NCBI RefSeq assembly: GCF_006345805.1
Contig: NC_042998.1
Location: forward strand, 203,732,001-203,796,000
DNA from: Octopus sinensis
Taxonomy: Eukaryota
Reading direction: 5' to 3'
Length of the DNA: 64,000 bases
A program made the translations under genes and the position numbers. Of the stretch, positions 11,969-24,562 are shown in pieces. Position 1 is the stretch's first letter, and each line of letters opens with the position of its first letter. The notes below the pieces were generated by a model. It was given only the letters and a program-made list of their open reading frames with translations. It did no database searches and was not told where the DNA came from.

Positions 11969-12344
11969 CGTCTCTTACCAAATATTAAGACAAAGCTTTC
12001 ACAGCATTTTAGGCTTGGATCTAATGTTTGTTTAAATCGATAAGAAATTTTGAAAACTCCTCGAAACACAGACTCAAGGGGAAAAAAAAATAAAGAAAGA
12101 ATTAAATTTCTTTCGTGTTTCCTAATTAGTTTTTTGTTATTTTTATTGAATGGTTTTTTATAATCTTCGAGTAATTTTATATTTTCTAATTGCATAACTG
12201 CAATTAGTGGTAAAGTTACAATTAAGTATATTTACCCAACACCAAACGTTGGGTGGTCTACTTTAAAGCCTGTCGTTAATGTATTTTTCCCACAAGCTTA
12301 ACTCATTTCTTTCAACTTTAATAGTATACAACTGAAGCTTGTTA

Positions 12345-12881
12345 CGAGGCTGAGTCAAAAAGTAACGCCATTTTGTTTAGGACGGGTATAAAAACCAATA
12401 CAAGAACATGTATCATACATCAAAATGGAGCTTATTATGAGTTTATTGCTTTATCTTTTGGCAAGAAATCGACCAGAATGACACCTTGAGCGTCCCAAAA
12501 GATTTTTCCGGCTGACGTTTGCGTCTTGAACTTTTTCGGTGGTGGTGACGTAGAGTGGCGCCATTCTATTGACTGCCTCTTTGATTCCGGTTCATAATGA
12601 TCAACCCATGTTCCATCACCTGTTACGAGCCTTCGAACGAAGGTGTCTCTTTGACTTTGTAATGAAGTGGCTGAAAGAACAGTCAACAGAATTTTACGGG
12701 ACTGGGATACATGCTCTCATTCAAAGGTGGAACATTGCTATTGAGAGAAACGGTGACTATGTTGAGAAGTAGGGATGTGATCCACAGAGGACCAGCTTCG
12801 TTTTGATGTATGATACATGTTCCTGTGCTGGTAATTATACCTGTCCTAAACAAAATGGCATTACTTTTTGACTCCCCCTCG
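12345..12881. mobile_element. Internally deleted and rearranged mariner element
   Basis: TA flanks and about 90-bp inverted ends. The minus strand encodes VTGDGTWVDHYEPESKRQS..., and the plus strand encodes the C-terminus ...GIHALIQRWNIAIERNGDYVEK*. Confidence 0.9.
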
Positions 12882-14307
12882 TACTAGAAAACATGATATA
12901 CATGGTCTTGAATCTGTTGAATTGCTGCAGACCCTTCTGCAGAGCTTCGTGTCACCGCCATCGGGTGTCGCGGTAATGCTATTTCGAAGAACAGATAATC
13001 TCACTGAGCAAATTCTACCTATCACCACTCTGGCCAAACCAATGCCAGGTGAATGAACTTTGATAGACAGAAATTATAAGGAAGCACATCGTATATTTAT
13101 GCTGAAACGTCTAGTCTGAGACTCAGGAATAGAAAGGCTTTTCGATGGGTCAGAGTGATGTAGGCAAGAATTTATAACAAAAGCAGGATACGGTATTTTA
13201 CTGACAACAGCGGATACGCACTCACTCAACAGTGGAGAAATAATGGTGCAAGTGATGTCTAAGACGAAAGAGAGATATTGGAAGAGAGGTGGAACTAGGT
13301 ATTGTACTTGGTGGAACATTATAAGAATATGGATGGCTTGTCTCATGTTGTGGCCAACGAGTACCATAACTAAGAACAGGTTGAGAGCATTTCTTGTGCG
13401 ATTCTAGAAAGATCTATCTACGGTGGTAACGTTCAGTTCCTGTGCTACCCTATGGAGATGTGTGAGTCAAAATCCAACTTTGGTGACATTTGTATTAATT
13501 TAGATTAGTCGACATAAAATATGAGGTGACAGCTTGAAGAAGGAGAAACCAACATAAATCGATGGTCTGGCACAGTGCCAACCATGTTGGTTAATATTGT
13601 CGATTTAATTTCAAGGTTTACGAAATGAAAATATGAAAGATCTTTCTTTCATCAGGTGGTAAAGCAGCTTTGGAGGTGTTTCAGCAACCCCTCCCCACAG
13701 CAACATCAGAGCTGTCTGGGGTCACCCACTGACATTGGCGACAAAAACCCCTGCACAACACCACCATCTTTGTTGAGTCAGATGTTGCAAATCTAGACTA
13801 AAGGTTTCTATTATCCTCAATGCTTGTCCTTGCTGCATTACCCCAAACTCTTGAGCAAGATGTAATGGCTAACTTTTTTTAACGGCTTCTGGTGACATCA
13901 TTTCTTTCTTTCGCTCATCGAATGACTCCTGTTTCCAAAAGATCCCCCAACGTTATCTCTACAGGAAGACACGTTGCCTTCCATCTGTTGTTTTCATCAG
14001 AGTTTAACCAACTCTCTGTATTTTCTATCTTTCCCGAGGAAATCATCTTCGATGTCCGCTTCTCAGGGAACTGTCAACCCTAACCCCTTCTGCCACATTC
14101 TCCACATTTCCCTTATATGATGTCACCCAACTATATATTTGAGTGGTACTTATTTTATCCCAACCTTCCACCCCTCCTACATATCCCTGGAGATGACAGG
14201 TAAAGTTGATCTTGTGAAAGGAAGCTGACCACCCCCACGTAACTAAAAGTGGACCGACGCATTTCAATAAAATAAAGAAACTGTAAACTGTCAGCGGTTG
14301 ACAGCGG

Positions 14308-16058
14308 CCATTTTCCTGTTCGATTTAATCCTTTTTGATCCGTATTGGACGTGAGTCGCATTGTTGACTGTATATTGAAGGTCTCCCGTAAGGGTGAACC
14401 TCATTATTGAATTGTTGAATTGTTGTTTCTGTTTTTTGCCTGTGATTTTATATTTGTTTTCTTCCCCATTTATGGGTGAAGTGGAAAAATGGAAGAACGG
14501 AGTGCGAACCAGTTCCAGCCGGCGGTTATGCTTTAGTCACTGGAAGAGATTTAGCTGCTGACGCTATAGAAGTTCGAGAAGTTAAAATTGAGCCAAAGAA
14601 GCTAAAGGAATACAACAGACTAATCGAGAAGGAAGGAGCCAGTTTGAGGTTGACCCCGGCGAAGGATTTAACAGCTAGTGTAACGAAGCGAACGGTGGTC
14701 TATAGAACGCCGTTCACGTCAACGAAAAAAAATAGAAATAGCCACAGTGGACGCCATAGAAGAGTGTTTGAAGGAGGTAAAAAAACCTCAAGACATTCTA
14801 CACGAGAGGGAGAAAATACGGCACAGTGGAGCTGAGGTGCGCTAGCGAACAAGAAGCGATAAATCAATCCACTGTGGCGTTAAGGACGCAAGAGTGGGTA
14901 CTTCTGCCAACTTACAGTGGCAAAAGAGTGGCCGGAGTAAGGATAGGCAGACTACCCCCGGAGATTGAGGAGGCGTGGCTGGTGGCAGCCATTATGTATA
15001 ATATGGAGGAGGACGCGAAAGTTTTAAAAGTATCGAGGATGAAAGAGATAAATTGATGGGGATACAGCATTGAAATTGCCATCCAAGTTAGTTTAAAGGA
15101 CTTGCACAAGATAGCGTAGGAGGTTATAGTGCTGGAGGACGTGAGATTGAGAGTAGTTGTGGCGGGAAGATCACCAACTTGTTACCAATGGGGAGAGAGG
15201 GGACACATGAGAGTAAGGTGTCCCCAGAAAGGCGATAAAGGTGAAAAGGAACAGTAGCAGCAGGGTATCGAGCGGGAGCGGAGTGCCGAGATGACGGACC
15301 CAGTAAGTGAGAAGTGTTCGGAGAAGGTGGAGGAGGAATATACGGTGAAAATTGGAGAAAAAAGGAAGGAAGGCGTGGACTCACCGCCAAAGAGTCCACT
15401 AAAGAAAAGGAAGGAAAATAAAGAGGAAGAGACACAGCAAGAGATTTCAAAAACATCAACAAGGGAAGCCAACGTGGAAAATCAAGTGGAAATACAAGAA
15501 CAAGTAACAAAAACAAAGAACCAAAAACGAAATGGCATATGGAGACATATTCGGAAAACACGGAAATTGAAAAGAGAATAACGAAAATGAAGTCGGAAAT
15601 AAGAGTGAAGCTTATAACGGAATATTATCCAGAGATTAGCAAGGCAATTGTAATAGACAGAGATGTGCAAGACCGAGAGAATAGTTTGGAGATGAGATGG
15701 ACCCAGCTGGAGTACGCGTGGAGTTCGATGACTTGCTGCCAGTGACGGATTATGAGGACCTAAAACCCTACATAAAATGGTGAAAAAAAAGTAAGTAAAT
15801 GTTTGGAATTTTAATGACTGTAAAACTAATGCAAAAGGGGGAAAATAAGAGAAAAAAGAAAAATGATATAAAAAGTTTGATTAAAACACTTAAAAAGATT
15901 CTGCTTGCGAGTGGGGAGCATGCAGCCATTTCCCCTCCATTATTATAATTCATCCTTCATTTGTTCGTTCTGTGTTTTTTGTCCTCACTCTAGTGTTCTG
16001 TCTGTCCTTGTGCTGTCCCCTTCTGTGTATGAGCCTGTGAGCTCAAATAAAGAAAAGA
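14308..16058 (+). mobile_element. ORF1-only non-LTR retroelement (HAL1-like) with decayed gag-like ORF
   Basis: 11-bp TSD gttgacagcgg at 14297-14307 and 16059-16069, zinc-knuckle remnant CYQWGERGHMRVRCP at about 15180, A-rich 3' end, and no recognisable RT. Confidence 0.7.
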
Positions 16059-16127
16059 GTTGACAGCGGTACAGTTGATAGCATTGATCGTTCGTGTTGG
16101 ATTACTGTGTTAGCTTAATATCGAACC

Positions 16128-16514
16128 GGCGAGCTGGCAGAATCGTTAGCACGCCGGGCGAAATGATTAGCCTTATTTCGTCTACCGCTACGTTCTGAGT
16201 TCAAATTCCGCCGAGGTCGACTTTGCCTTTCATTCTTTCGGGGTCGATTAAATAAGTACCAGTTACGCACTGGGGTCGATGTAATCGACTTAATCCGTTT
16301 GTCTGTCTTTGTTTGTCTCCTCTGTGTTTAGCCCCTTGTGGGTAGTAAAGAAATAGGTATTTCGTCTGCTGCTACGTCCTGAGTTCAAATTCCGCCGAGG
16401 TCGACTTTGCCTTTCATCCTTTCGAGATCGATAAATTAAGTACCAGTTATGCACTGGGGTCGATGTAATCGACTTAATCTCTTTGTCTGTCCTTGTTTGT
16501 TCCCTCTATGTTTA
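16128..16514 (+). mobile_element. SINE family B dimer
   Basis: A full unit is followed by a second unit that restarts at ggtatttcgtctgc (about 16357). Confidence 0.9.
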
Positions 16515-17829
16515 TCTTTTCGGTTGACCCATCTCACTTGTAATATATTCCTCAAATTTCAGCAGAACAGGTCGATGCTGTTTTATTAAGTCTACGAATT
16601 TTAACTACATTTTAGCAAATATCTGGAATGGAATAAACAGGTATTAAATATCAGATATCATCTAACGAATAGAAATTGAAATGTTCGAATCCAAACACCT
16701 AGTTTTCGGTAACATAACATTGGAAGTGGATAATAATTTATTGCCCTTCCCAAATAAGTTACAATTTGTCAAATAGAAACGGCTACGATTCTACGTTGTC
16801 TGTGATATTTTAATAGCTTTCTGCTTTGTTCTGTTTTGGTAAATTTTACATCAGAATTCTAAATCTTTCCATTTAATCCTTATTTTGTTTCCTTGAACAC
16901 ATTATCCTTTTCAAATAAGAATTGATAAACGTTAGTCTCCAGAGAATTTCTTTAATAAAAGATTTATCATGAAGTCAATTCTTCATGATTTCGATTATTC
17001 TGTTTGAACTTTCTCGAAGACATCTCACTCTCTATATTTCCTGATTCTGTATTTACAAATTATTATTCTTTTTATCTTAGGACAATAAAATTTTACCTTT
17101 CTAGAGTTCTCTGAATAACATATTAATCCTTATTCTCTGGAGTAATGTTTTACCATTCTCTCCAGACACAAGTTTTCTTTAATCTTCAGTGCTACACAGT
17201 TTATCTTGCCATAATGGACGATGTCTTCCATATTGAATTTTTTCGCTAAAACCGTTTGTCTTCATTTCAATACTTTCAGGTTCACTAAATTTCCAATTTA
17301 TTATCATTAAGGCTATAATTAATTACAACGACTAATACATTAAACTTGTTTTATTCCTGGTTTTTCATTTGGATATGTATGGATAGCCTAATTTGCCAGG
17401 GCTGTCCTTTATCGATTTATTTCCTGCATTGATATTTTCTCCCGTTTGTTACACAGAATTTTTATTCAAATGATATTAAGTATTCATGACTTTTCTCCAG
17501 TAAGAAGTCTTTAGTATCAACATCGCGTTTTGATTTTAGAAATCTTCTTTTTCCGCTTCATCTTGGAACTCATTTTTCTTTTCCTTTCAGTCGGCCATTG
17601 AACTGTTTTCTTCTTTTTATTGTATTTTCAAAATCTTTTAAGCTCTTGGCAAAAAAATTCTTTCTTCAAACCACTCATACTAAAAATTAATCGGCTTGAA
17701 AAAATTAAGCTTTCATTTCGCCCCAGGATTCAGAGAAGTTAATGCGACAACAAAATGTATCTGCCATACATACATACATACATACATACATACATACATA
17801 CATACATACATACATACATACATACAGAG

Positions 17830-19370
17830 ACAAAATTGATCCCCAAATGCAGAACCACCCACATGACAAAAACTATCGGTCAATTGCATGCCAGAACTTA
17901 ATGTATAAGATATATACAGCATGTTTAAACCTCTTCCTCCAGGACCATTGTGAAACCAATAACATTATCCAAGCAGAACAAGAAGCTGGGAAGAAGGAAG
18001 TCTGGGGATGTGCCAAGAAATTGTTAATCAACAAAACTCTGATGTCAGAGGTGCGAGAGCATAGGAGGAACCTAGTTTCAATAGGGCTAGACGGTAAGAA
18101 AGCCTTTGACTATGTTCCCCACTCATGGATGCTAGAAGCCCTTCAACTTGCTAAAGTTCCATAGCTGACCTAACTTAATCGTGGGCCACCATCTTGAAAT
18201 TAAACCTGAAGGGTGACTGTATTATTACAAAAAGAATACAGTATCGCAGAGGCATATTTCAAGGGGACAGCCTCTCTGTGATGTTTATACTTTCTGTAAA
18301 CCCCTTGTCATTCATGTTAAGGAAATTTAAAGGATATCTCACTGGTTCACAAGCGAATAGAAATACCTAAATTACACACTGTTTCTTTGTGGATGACTTG
18401 AAACGAGATCTTCGACCTGGTTACAACATTCACAAAGGATGTAGGGTTGGAGTTTGATCAGGATAAATGTTGTTATATGGTTGTGAAAAGGGTGAAAACA
18501 GCAAACCAGACTAGCGATATATCCAGCAATAACTTGACTTTTTACTATATCTGATGAGGAAAGTTGCAGGTATCTAGGGGTGAATGAAAATAGCTTACAA
18601 TGGCTCCCGTAACAAAACACGTGTCTCTAAAGGAAAAGAAAATTTGGACCTCAGAATTCTGCATTCAATAAAACAGTGGCCCACAATGCGTTTGCAGTGC
18701 CAGTACTCATACCAACATTTGGGTTGCTTTATTGGACGCTTGATGAGATCCGAGCCATTGATGTGAAAAGCATATAATGTCCACATAAACAGTGACGTAG
18801 ATTGCATCGACTTAAAACGAAAACAAGGTGACAGAGGTTTAACATTGATCCAAGATGTCTTTGAATGTCGTGTCACATCCCTTAAGCTACACCTTTTCAC
18901 CACCAGGTGTCGAAGTGTATCCTTTGGCCACGTTCGCATACATGAGGCTGATAGCATCATAAGACACGGAAAGCAGACCTTTCAGCAGCCTTTCTTGTCT
19001 GATAACTTTAAGTCGCAAAAGTTGCACGACTCTTACTGCAACGTATCATCAGATGAAAGGGTGAGCTTAAGACTATGCATGGATGGATACGTCAATAGAA
19101 ATCTCAGAGACGATAGTAACATTGATGACCAAAGCTGTCTAGCATGGACCAACAACCGGATTACTATCTCCCACTTTGAAGGGTATGCGTTTGCAATCCA
19201 GGAACAGAAAATATCAACCAGACACCTGAGGCACAAAAGGGATAGAGATGCAGGAAAAGCAGTAAAATGTGACAACCAATGTGACAGCCACATCATAAGC
19301 AGTTGTCCGAAAATGTCATCACGGTATAATCTACCGATGAGACATGATGTAGCTAGGACACTGTATAATG
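17830..19370 (+). pseudogene. Dong/R4-clade non-LTR retrotransposon RT fragment, decayed
   Basis: [55 protein letters not shown] and HIISSCPK..MRHD, broken by stops and frameshifts. Confidence 0.9.
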
Positions 19371-19374
19371 AGAT

Positions 19375-19470
19375 CCGCGGAGCTCTTCGTCAGAAACATA
19401 GGAAAAGGAAAGATCCAAGGAAGGGAAGACGGAGGAAAAAAATCACCAACGATACACACGCGGTCACATG
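19375..19470 (-). repeat. Truncated pLTR-like repeat of the 32620-32820 family
   Basis: Reverse complement ends cctatgtttCTGACGAagagctccgc, which is the 5' half of the hammerhead. Confidence 0.75.
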
Positions 19471-19489
19471 TATGTATGTACGTACATAT

Positions 19490-20465
19490 GTTATATGATG
19501 GATTCTCCCGTTTGATCCGGCATATGAGGATCCGACAACCTACTCTTTCTTTGCCAGTAATAATGCTTATGTCGAATGCGTCATTTGAGTCCCGCCTACG
19601 GTTTGCAAAGAGTCCTGGACATGTTGCAAGTATGAAGTGCAGGCCGTATATTTGCAGCCGCTTTTCTCCTTTGCCTTGCACCCCTAAACCTGTTAATACT
19701 GGTTAAAACTAAGTCCCTTACTTTGACACGGCGGTCTCCATTTTGTTCGCTCCAAGACTGTCGTGAGCTATATTGACTGTTAAGAGGTTATTCTTCAGCT
19801 TTTCCTATATCTGAGCCATGGTCGACCAACATTCCCGTGTCCACCCTCAAGCTGGCCGTACATGTGGACTTTGAGTTATTCTTTCGTCATTCATTCGGAT
19901 GACATGGCCAGCTCAGCGCAATTGCGACTGCATTACGGAGCTCTCGATTCCACCAATCTTGCACTTGCTAAGCAGGTCGGCATTAGATTCTGTTTTTCAG
20001 TGAATAACCGCAGATCGTCCCGAGATAGCCTTTGTGGAAGACGTGTAGTTGATTGATGTAACACCTATGGGGTACCCACGGTTTCGAACCATACAAGATA
20101 ATAGTAAAAATGACAGCTTTATAGACCTGTAGTTTGGTGCCAAGCTTAATGTCCCTTTCATTCCATTGGCGATGATAAGGTAGGCCAAGAGCGTCGTTTG
20201 CTTTCACAAGACCGTTGACGATTTCATCATCAAAGCTAGCGCTCAACTATGTAAATGATTTCACATACTTCAGGTTTTCCCCGTCAATCTGTATAGGAGT
20301 GTCATAGAAATTGTGAACGGTGGCCTGTGTTTGACGCCTCGAATTTGATTAGGAGTAGGGCAAAGAGTAGGGCCTCGAATTTGATTAGGAGTAGGGCAAG
20401 GATGGTGAATTACATCAGTCTTCTTTATGCTGATAGTCAAGCCGAAAGCTTTATATGGAGCAGAA
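19490..20465 (-). pseudogene. RTE-clade (BovB-like) LINE 3' portion, decayed
   Basis: FGLTISIKKT, DDEIVNGLVKA, IKLGTKLQVYKAVIFTIILYGSKPW and GHVIRM motifs, ending in a microsatellite tail. Confidence 0.85.
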
Positions 20466-20664
20466 AACCAGCCCTCCCCCCCCCACACACACACGCACTC
20501 ACACATATATATATATATATATATATAAATTAGAAACAGCCTTTTATTAATTCAAAATGTTTTTTCTAATTTATATATATATATATATTATATTTTGTGT
20601 AATTTGATTTCGTATTTCTAAATTGAATTTTTCCCTGTAAGGTTGGAATAATATTCCATCATAT

Positions 20665-20703
<39 letters not shown>

Positions 20704-21750
20704 TATTATATATATACATATATATATGCATAAAATAATATATATTATATATAATATAATTATATATATATATATAAATATATACACGCACACATGTTCA
20801 CACATGAACATATACACATGTGGCATAGCTATCACTTACAAGCGAGCATAGCTTGGTAGTAAGTACGATGCTTTCACTAATTGTTTTAAGTACCTGTCTA
20901 GTTGCGAGCAGACCACCCTTGACCCAGCGCAGAGAGAGAGAGAGAGGGAGAGAAAGAGAAAGAGAGAGACAGACAGAGAGAGAGAGAGAGAGAGAAAGAG
21001 AGAGGCAGGGGTCCAGGTATTCATTGATTATGTGTACTTATTGATTATTCATCTGTAAAGATTTTCAGGTTAGATATTTGGCTCCTTTGCACTTATAGTT
21101 TCACATTAACAACTCTCTAGTTTCTTGTCCATTTGATCCAGTGTTTACTCGTCACGGGAAAGAAGCGAGAAGGCTGTGTGCCGTACACTTACTTTCAAAT
21201 CTCAAAGCTATGACGTAAATGAAGACGTTGGTCTAGTATATAATTTCACGAAATGTAGGTCGCTGAGATCGTAAACGCTTCTTAAATTGTGAAACCAAAA
21301 TATTAACATGAAATTCAGTCTGCATCAGCAGACATAGAAATAAAACCGAAATATTAAAATCTTACGTCACCAACAAATTGTTAGCGTTATATTTAATAAG
21401 AAATTTCTTCGCCATTTCCTTATATTTTTTCGGTTTATCATTTAAGTATATATGAACATGTCTAGATATGCAACTATGTGCACGAGAAGACATACATAAA
21501 GCAAAACATACAAATCTGTACAGATACATGCATACATACATAAATACATACATACATACATACATACATACATACATACATACATACATACATACATTCA
21601 TACATACATACATGCATACATACATGCATGCATATATATATACAAAAATACCCTGCTGTTGATGTTGAACTTTCAATGAAGGAGACTTGAATCTAGGTTA
21701 AAACCGGCTCTTTCTGTATTGGCAAGACAAACTGAATAATGAAGAGTATG

Positions 21751-21931
<181 letters not shown>

Positions 21932-22189
21932 ATATATACATACATACACGCATACATGTACACACAAGTATATATACATAAAAAATATATATACATACAT
22001 GCGTGTGCATATATATATATATATTATTGGAAAATGTGCGAAACCCTCGGTACAGTTAGGTATATTTGAAAAAGGAAAAGAATGACGTCATTGGTAGTCC
22101 TAATCAATTTAAATTTTGGTAATATAGTTTTACAGTTTAACTTGTAGTTCGGTGGGACATTTATAAAAAATCCTTACTTTTATTTATTT

Positions 22190-22362
22190 TGTTTCAGTCA
22201 TTTGACTACGGCCATGCTGGGGCACCGCCTTTAGTCGAACAAATTGGCCCCAGAACATATTCTTTGTGAGCCTTGTACTTATTCTATCGGTCTCTTTTGC
22301 CGAACCGCTAAGTTACGGTGATGTAAACACACCAACAAATACAAATACAGACACAAAGACAC

Positions 22363-22439
<77 letters not shown>

Positions 22440-22824
22440 ATATACATATATTATTTTTTTATTTTCTTATTTGCTTCAGTCATATGACTGCGGCCATACT
22501 GGAGCACCGTCTTTATTCTAGCAAATCGTCCCCAGGACTTATTCTTTGTATGTCTAGTACTTATTCAATCGATAAGTGACAGGAACATAAACACACCAGC
22601 ATCGGTTATCAAGCGATGTTGGAGGGACAAAAACAGACACACACACACACACACATATATACGACGGGCTTCTTTCAGTTTCCATCTACCAAATCGACTC
22701 ACAAGGCTTTGGTCGGCCCGAGGCTATAGCAGAAGACACTTGCCCACGGTGCCACGCAATGGGACTTAATCCAGAACCATGTGGTTTGTAAGCAAGCTAC
22801 GTACCACACAGCCACTCCTGCGCC
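22190..22824 (-). mobile_element. SINE family A: a 3' half (22190-22360) plus a full copy (22466-22824)
   Basis: Reverse complement begins ggcgcaggagtggctgtgtggta. Confidence 0.9.
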
Positions 22825-23034
22825 TCTTTAACTTTCCTGGAAAACTTTCTCGCATTCGTCGGCGGCGATTGTCAAACTGATCCGATGTTGTGCTGTGGTC
22901 CCCACCGAAGCTAACAAAGAACTTACCAGGTCTACAAACCAAACTGTAAAATTATATTAGTAAAAAATCAAATTGATTAGAACTACCAGTGAAGTTATTT
23001 TTTTCCTTTTCCAAATATGTGTGTGTGTGTGGAT

Positions 23035-23119
23035 GGGCAAGTATCTTCTGCTATAGCCCCGGCCGACCAATGCCTTGTGAGTGGATTTGGTAGACGGAAA
23101 CTGAAAGAAGCCTGTCGTA

Positions 23120-23181
<62 letters not shown>

Positions 23182-23370
23182 GTTTGTTCCCCTAGCATTG
23201 CTTGACAACTGATGCTGGTGTGTTTACGTCCCCGTCACATAGCGGTTCGGCAAAGAGACGATAGAATAAGTACTGGGCTTACAAAGAATAAGTCCCGGGG
23301 TCGATTTGCTCGACTAAAGGCGGTGCTCCAGCATGGCCGCAGTCAAATGACTGAAACAAGTAAAAGAATA
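23035..23370 (+). mobile_element. SINE family A, 5'-truncated
   Basis: gggcaagtatcttct...(TA)n...aaatgactgaaacaagtaaaaga. Confidence 0.9.
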
Positions 23371-23384
23371 TATATATATATATG

Positions 23385-23424
<40 letters not shown>

Positions 23425-23429
23425 TATAT

Positions 23430-23830
23430 ATATATAATACAACTCTAGTTGTGTGAGTGTCTGTCCCCTTCGATTTAGATTCCTAACTCCTCCCACATTT
23501 TGCGGTGCAGTTTAACCAAATTCGGGTATCTTATAGTCGTGATTCATATCGAGCCCGTCTGACTATTAGCGCGCGTCAACGATGAGTCTACGTTTGAAAA
23601 TAAATTTAACACATCATTTTTATTCCATTTTAATGCATAAAATGCATCGTGTGTCGATGGCGGCGGAGTTGGTGTCCACGCTCACAGCTGCACCTGTTTG
23701 CTTCTCCCCCTTCCCTCCCTCGTGAAGCTGTGCGGAAGGGAGTGTAAAGAAATCAACGTCGTAATGCGTTGTGAAGGAAACCAGCGTTCTTTTAGAACAA
23801 CGACTTCATGGCTTGAAGACACCAAAATAA
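23430..23830 (+). mobile_element. Probable non-autonomous Helitron 5' fragment, related sequence at 33240-33365 (-)
   Basis: (TA)n start followed by gtgtctgtc...accaaattcgg. Shares tccctccctcgtgaa and aacgacttcatggctt with the reverse complement near 33.3 kb. Confidence 0.45.
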
Positions 23831-23977
23831 AATACATACATACATATATGTACGTACCTACATCTACATGTATATATACATGCATATACAAATATATATA
23901 CGTGAGTACAGGACACCACAACTAGACGTAGAACTCAACGAGAAACGAAAACGGAAAAAACCACCTTTTTACAACAG

Positions 23978-24031
<54 letters not shown>

Positions 24032-24341
24032 TACACACATACTCCCTCACTGATACAGCTATGGCATTTGGTTCCAATAACTCCTTCCATTATCAGCATC
24101 CCGCAATATTCCGTGTGTTTGCTTACCTTCCCGGTCGTTGCGACATATTTAACGTTGAGTCAATATTGAATCTATTGGAAACTTCGCTCGCCATACGTGG
24201 CTACCTCGACTGCAACAACGGTAACGCCAAAGACAGCAAACACCGGCAGCACCAGCAGCAGCAGCAGCTACACCGGCAGCCATTGCAGCTGTTGCCGCCG
24301 CTGAGATCACTGCTGTTGTTACTACTACTACTACTACTACA

Positions 24342-24375
<34 letters not shown>

Positions 24376-24438
24376 GTACTACTACTACTCTACTACTACT
24401 ACTACTACTACAACTACTACTACTACTAGTAGTACTAG

Positions 24439-24471
<33 letters not shown>

Positions 24472-24562
24472 AACAACAACAACAACTACTACTACTACTA
24501 CAACTACTACTACTACAACCACCACCACCACAATCACAACCACCATCACTACCACTACTACT

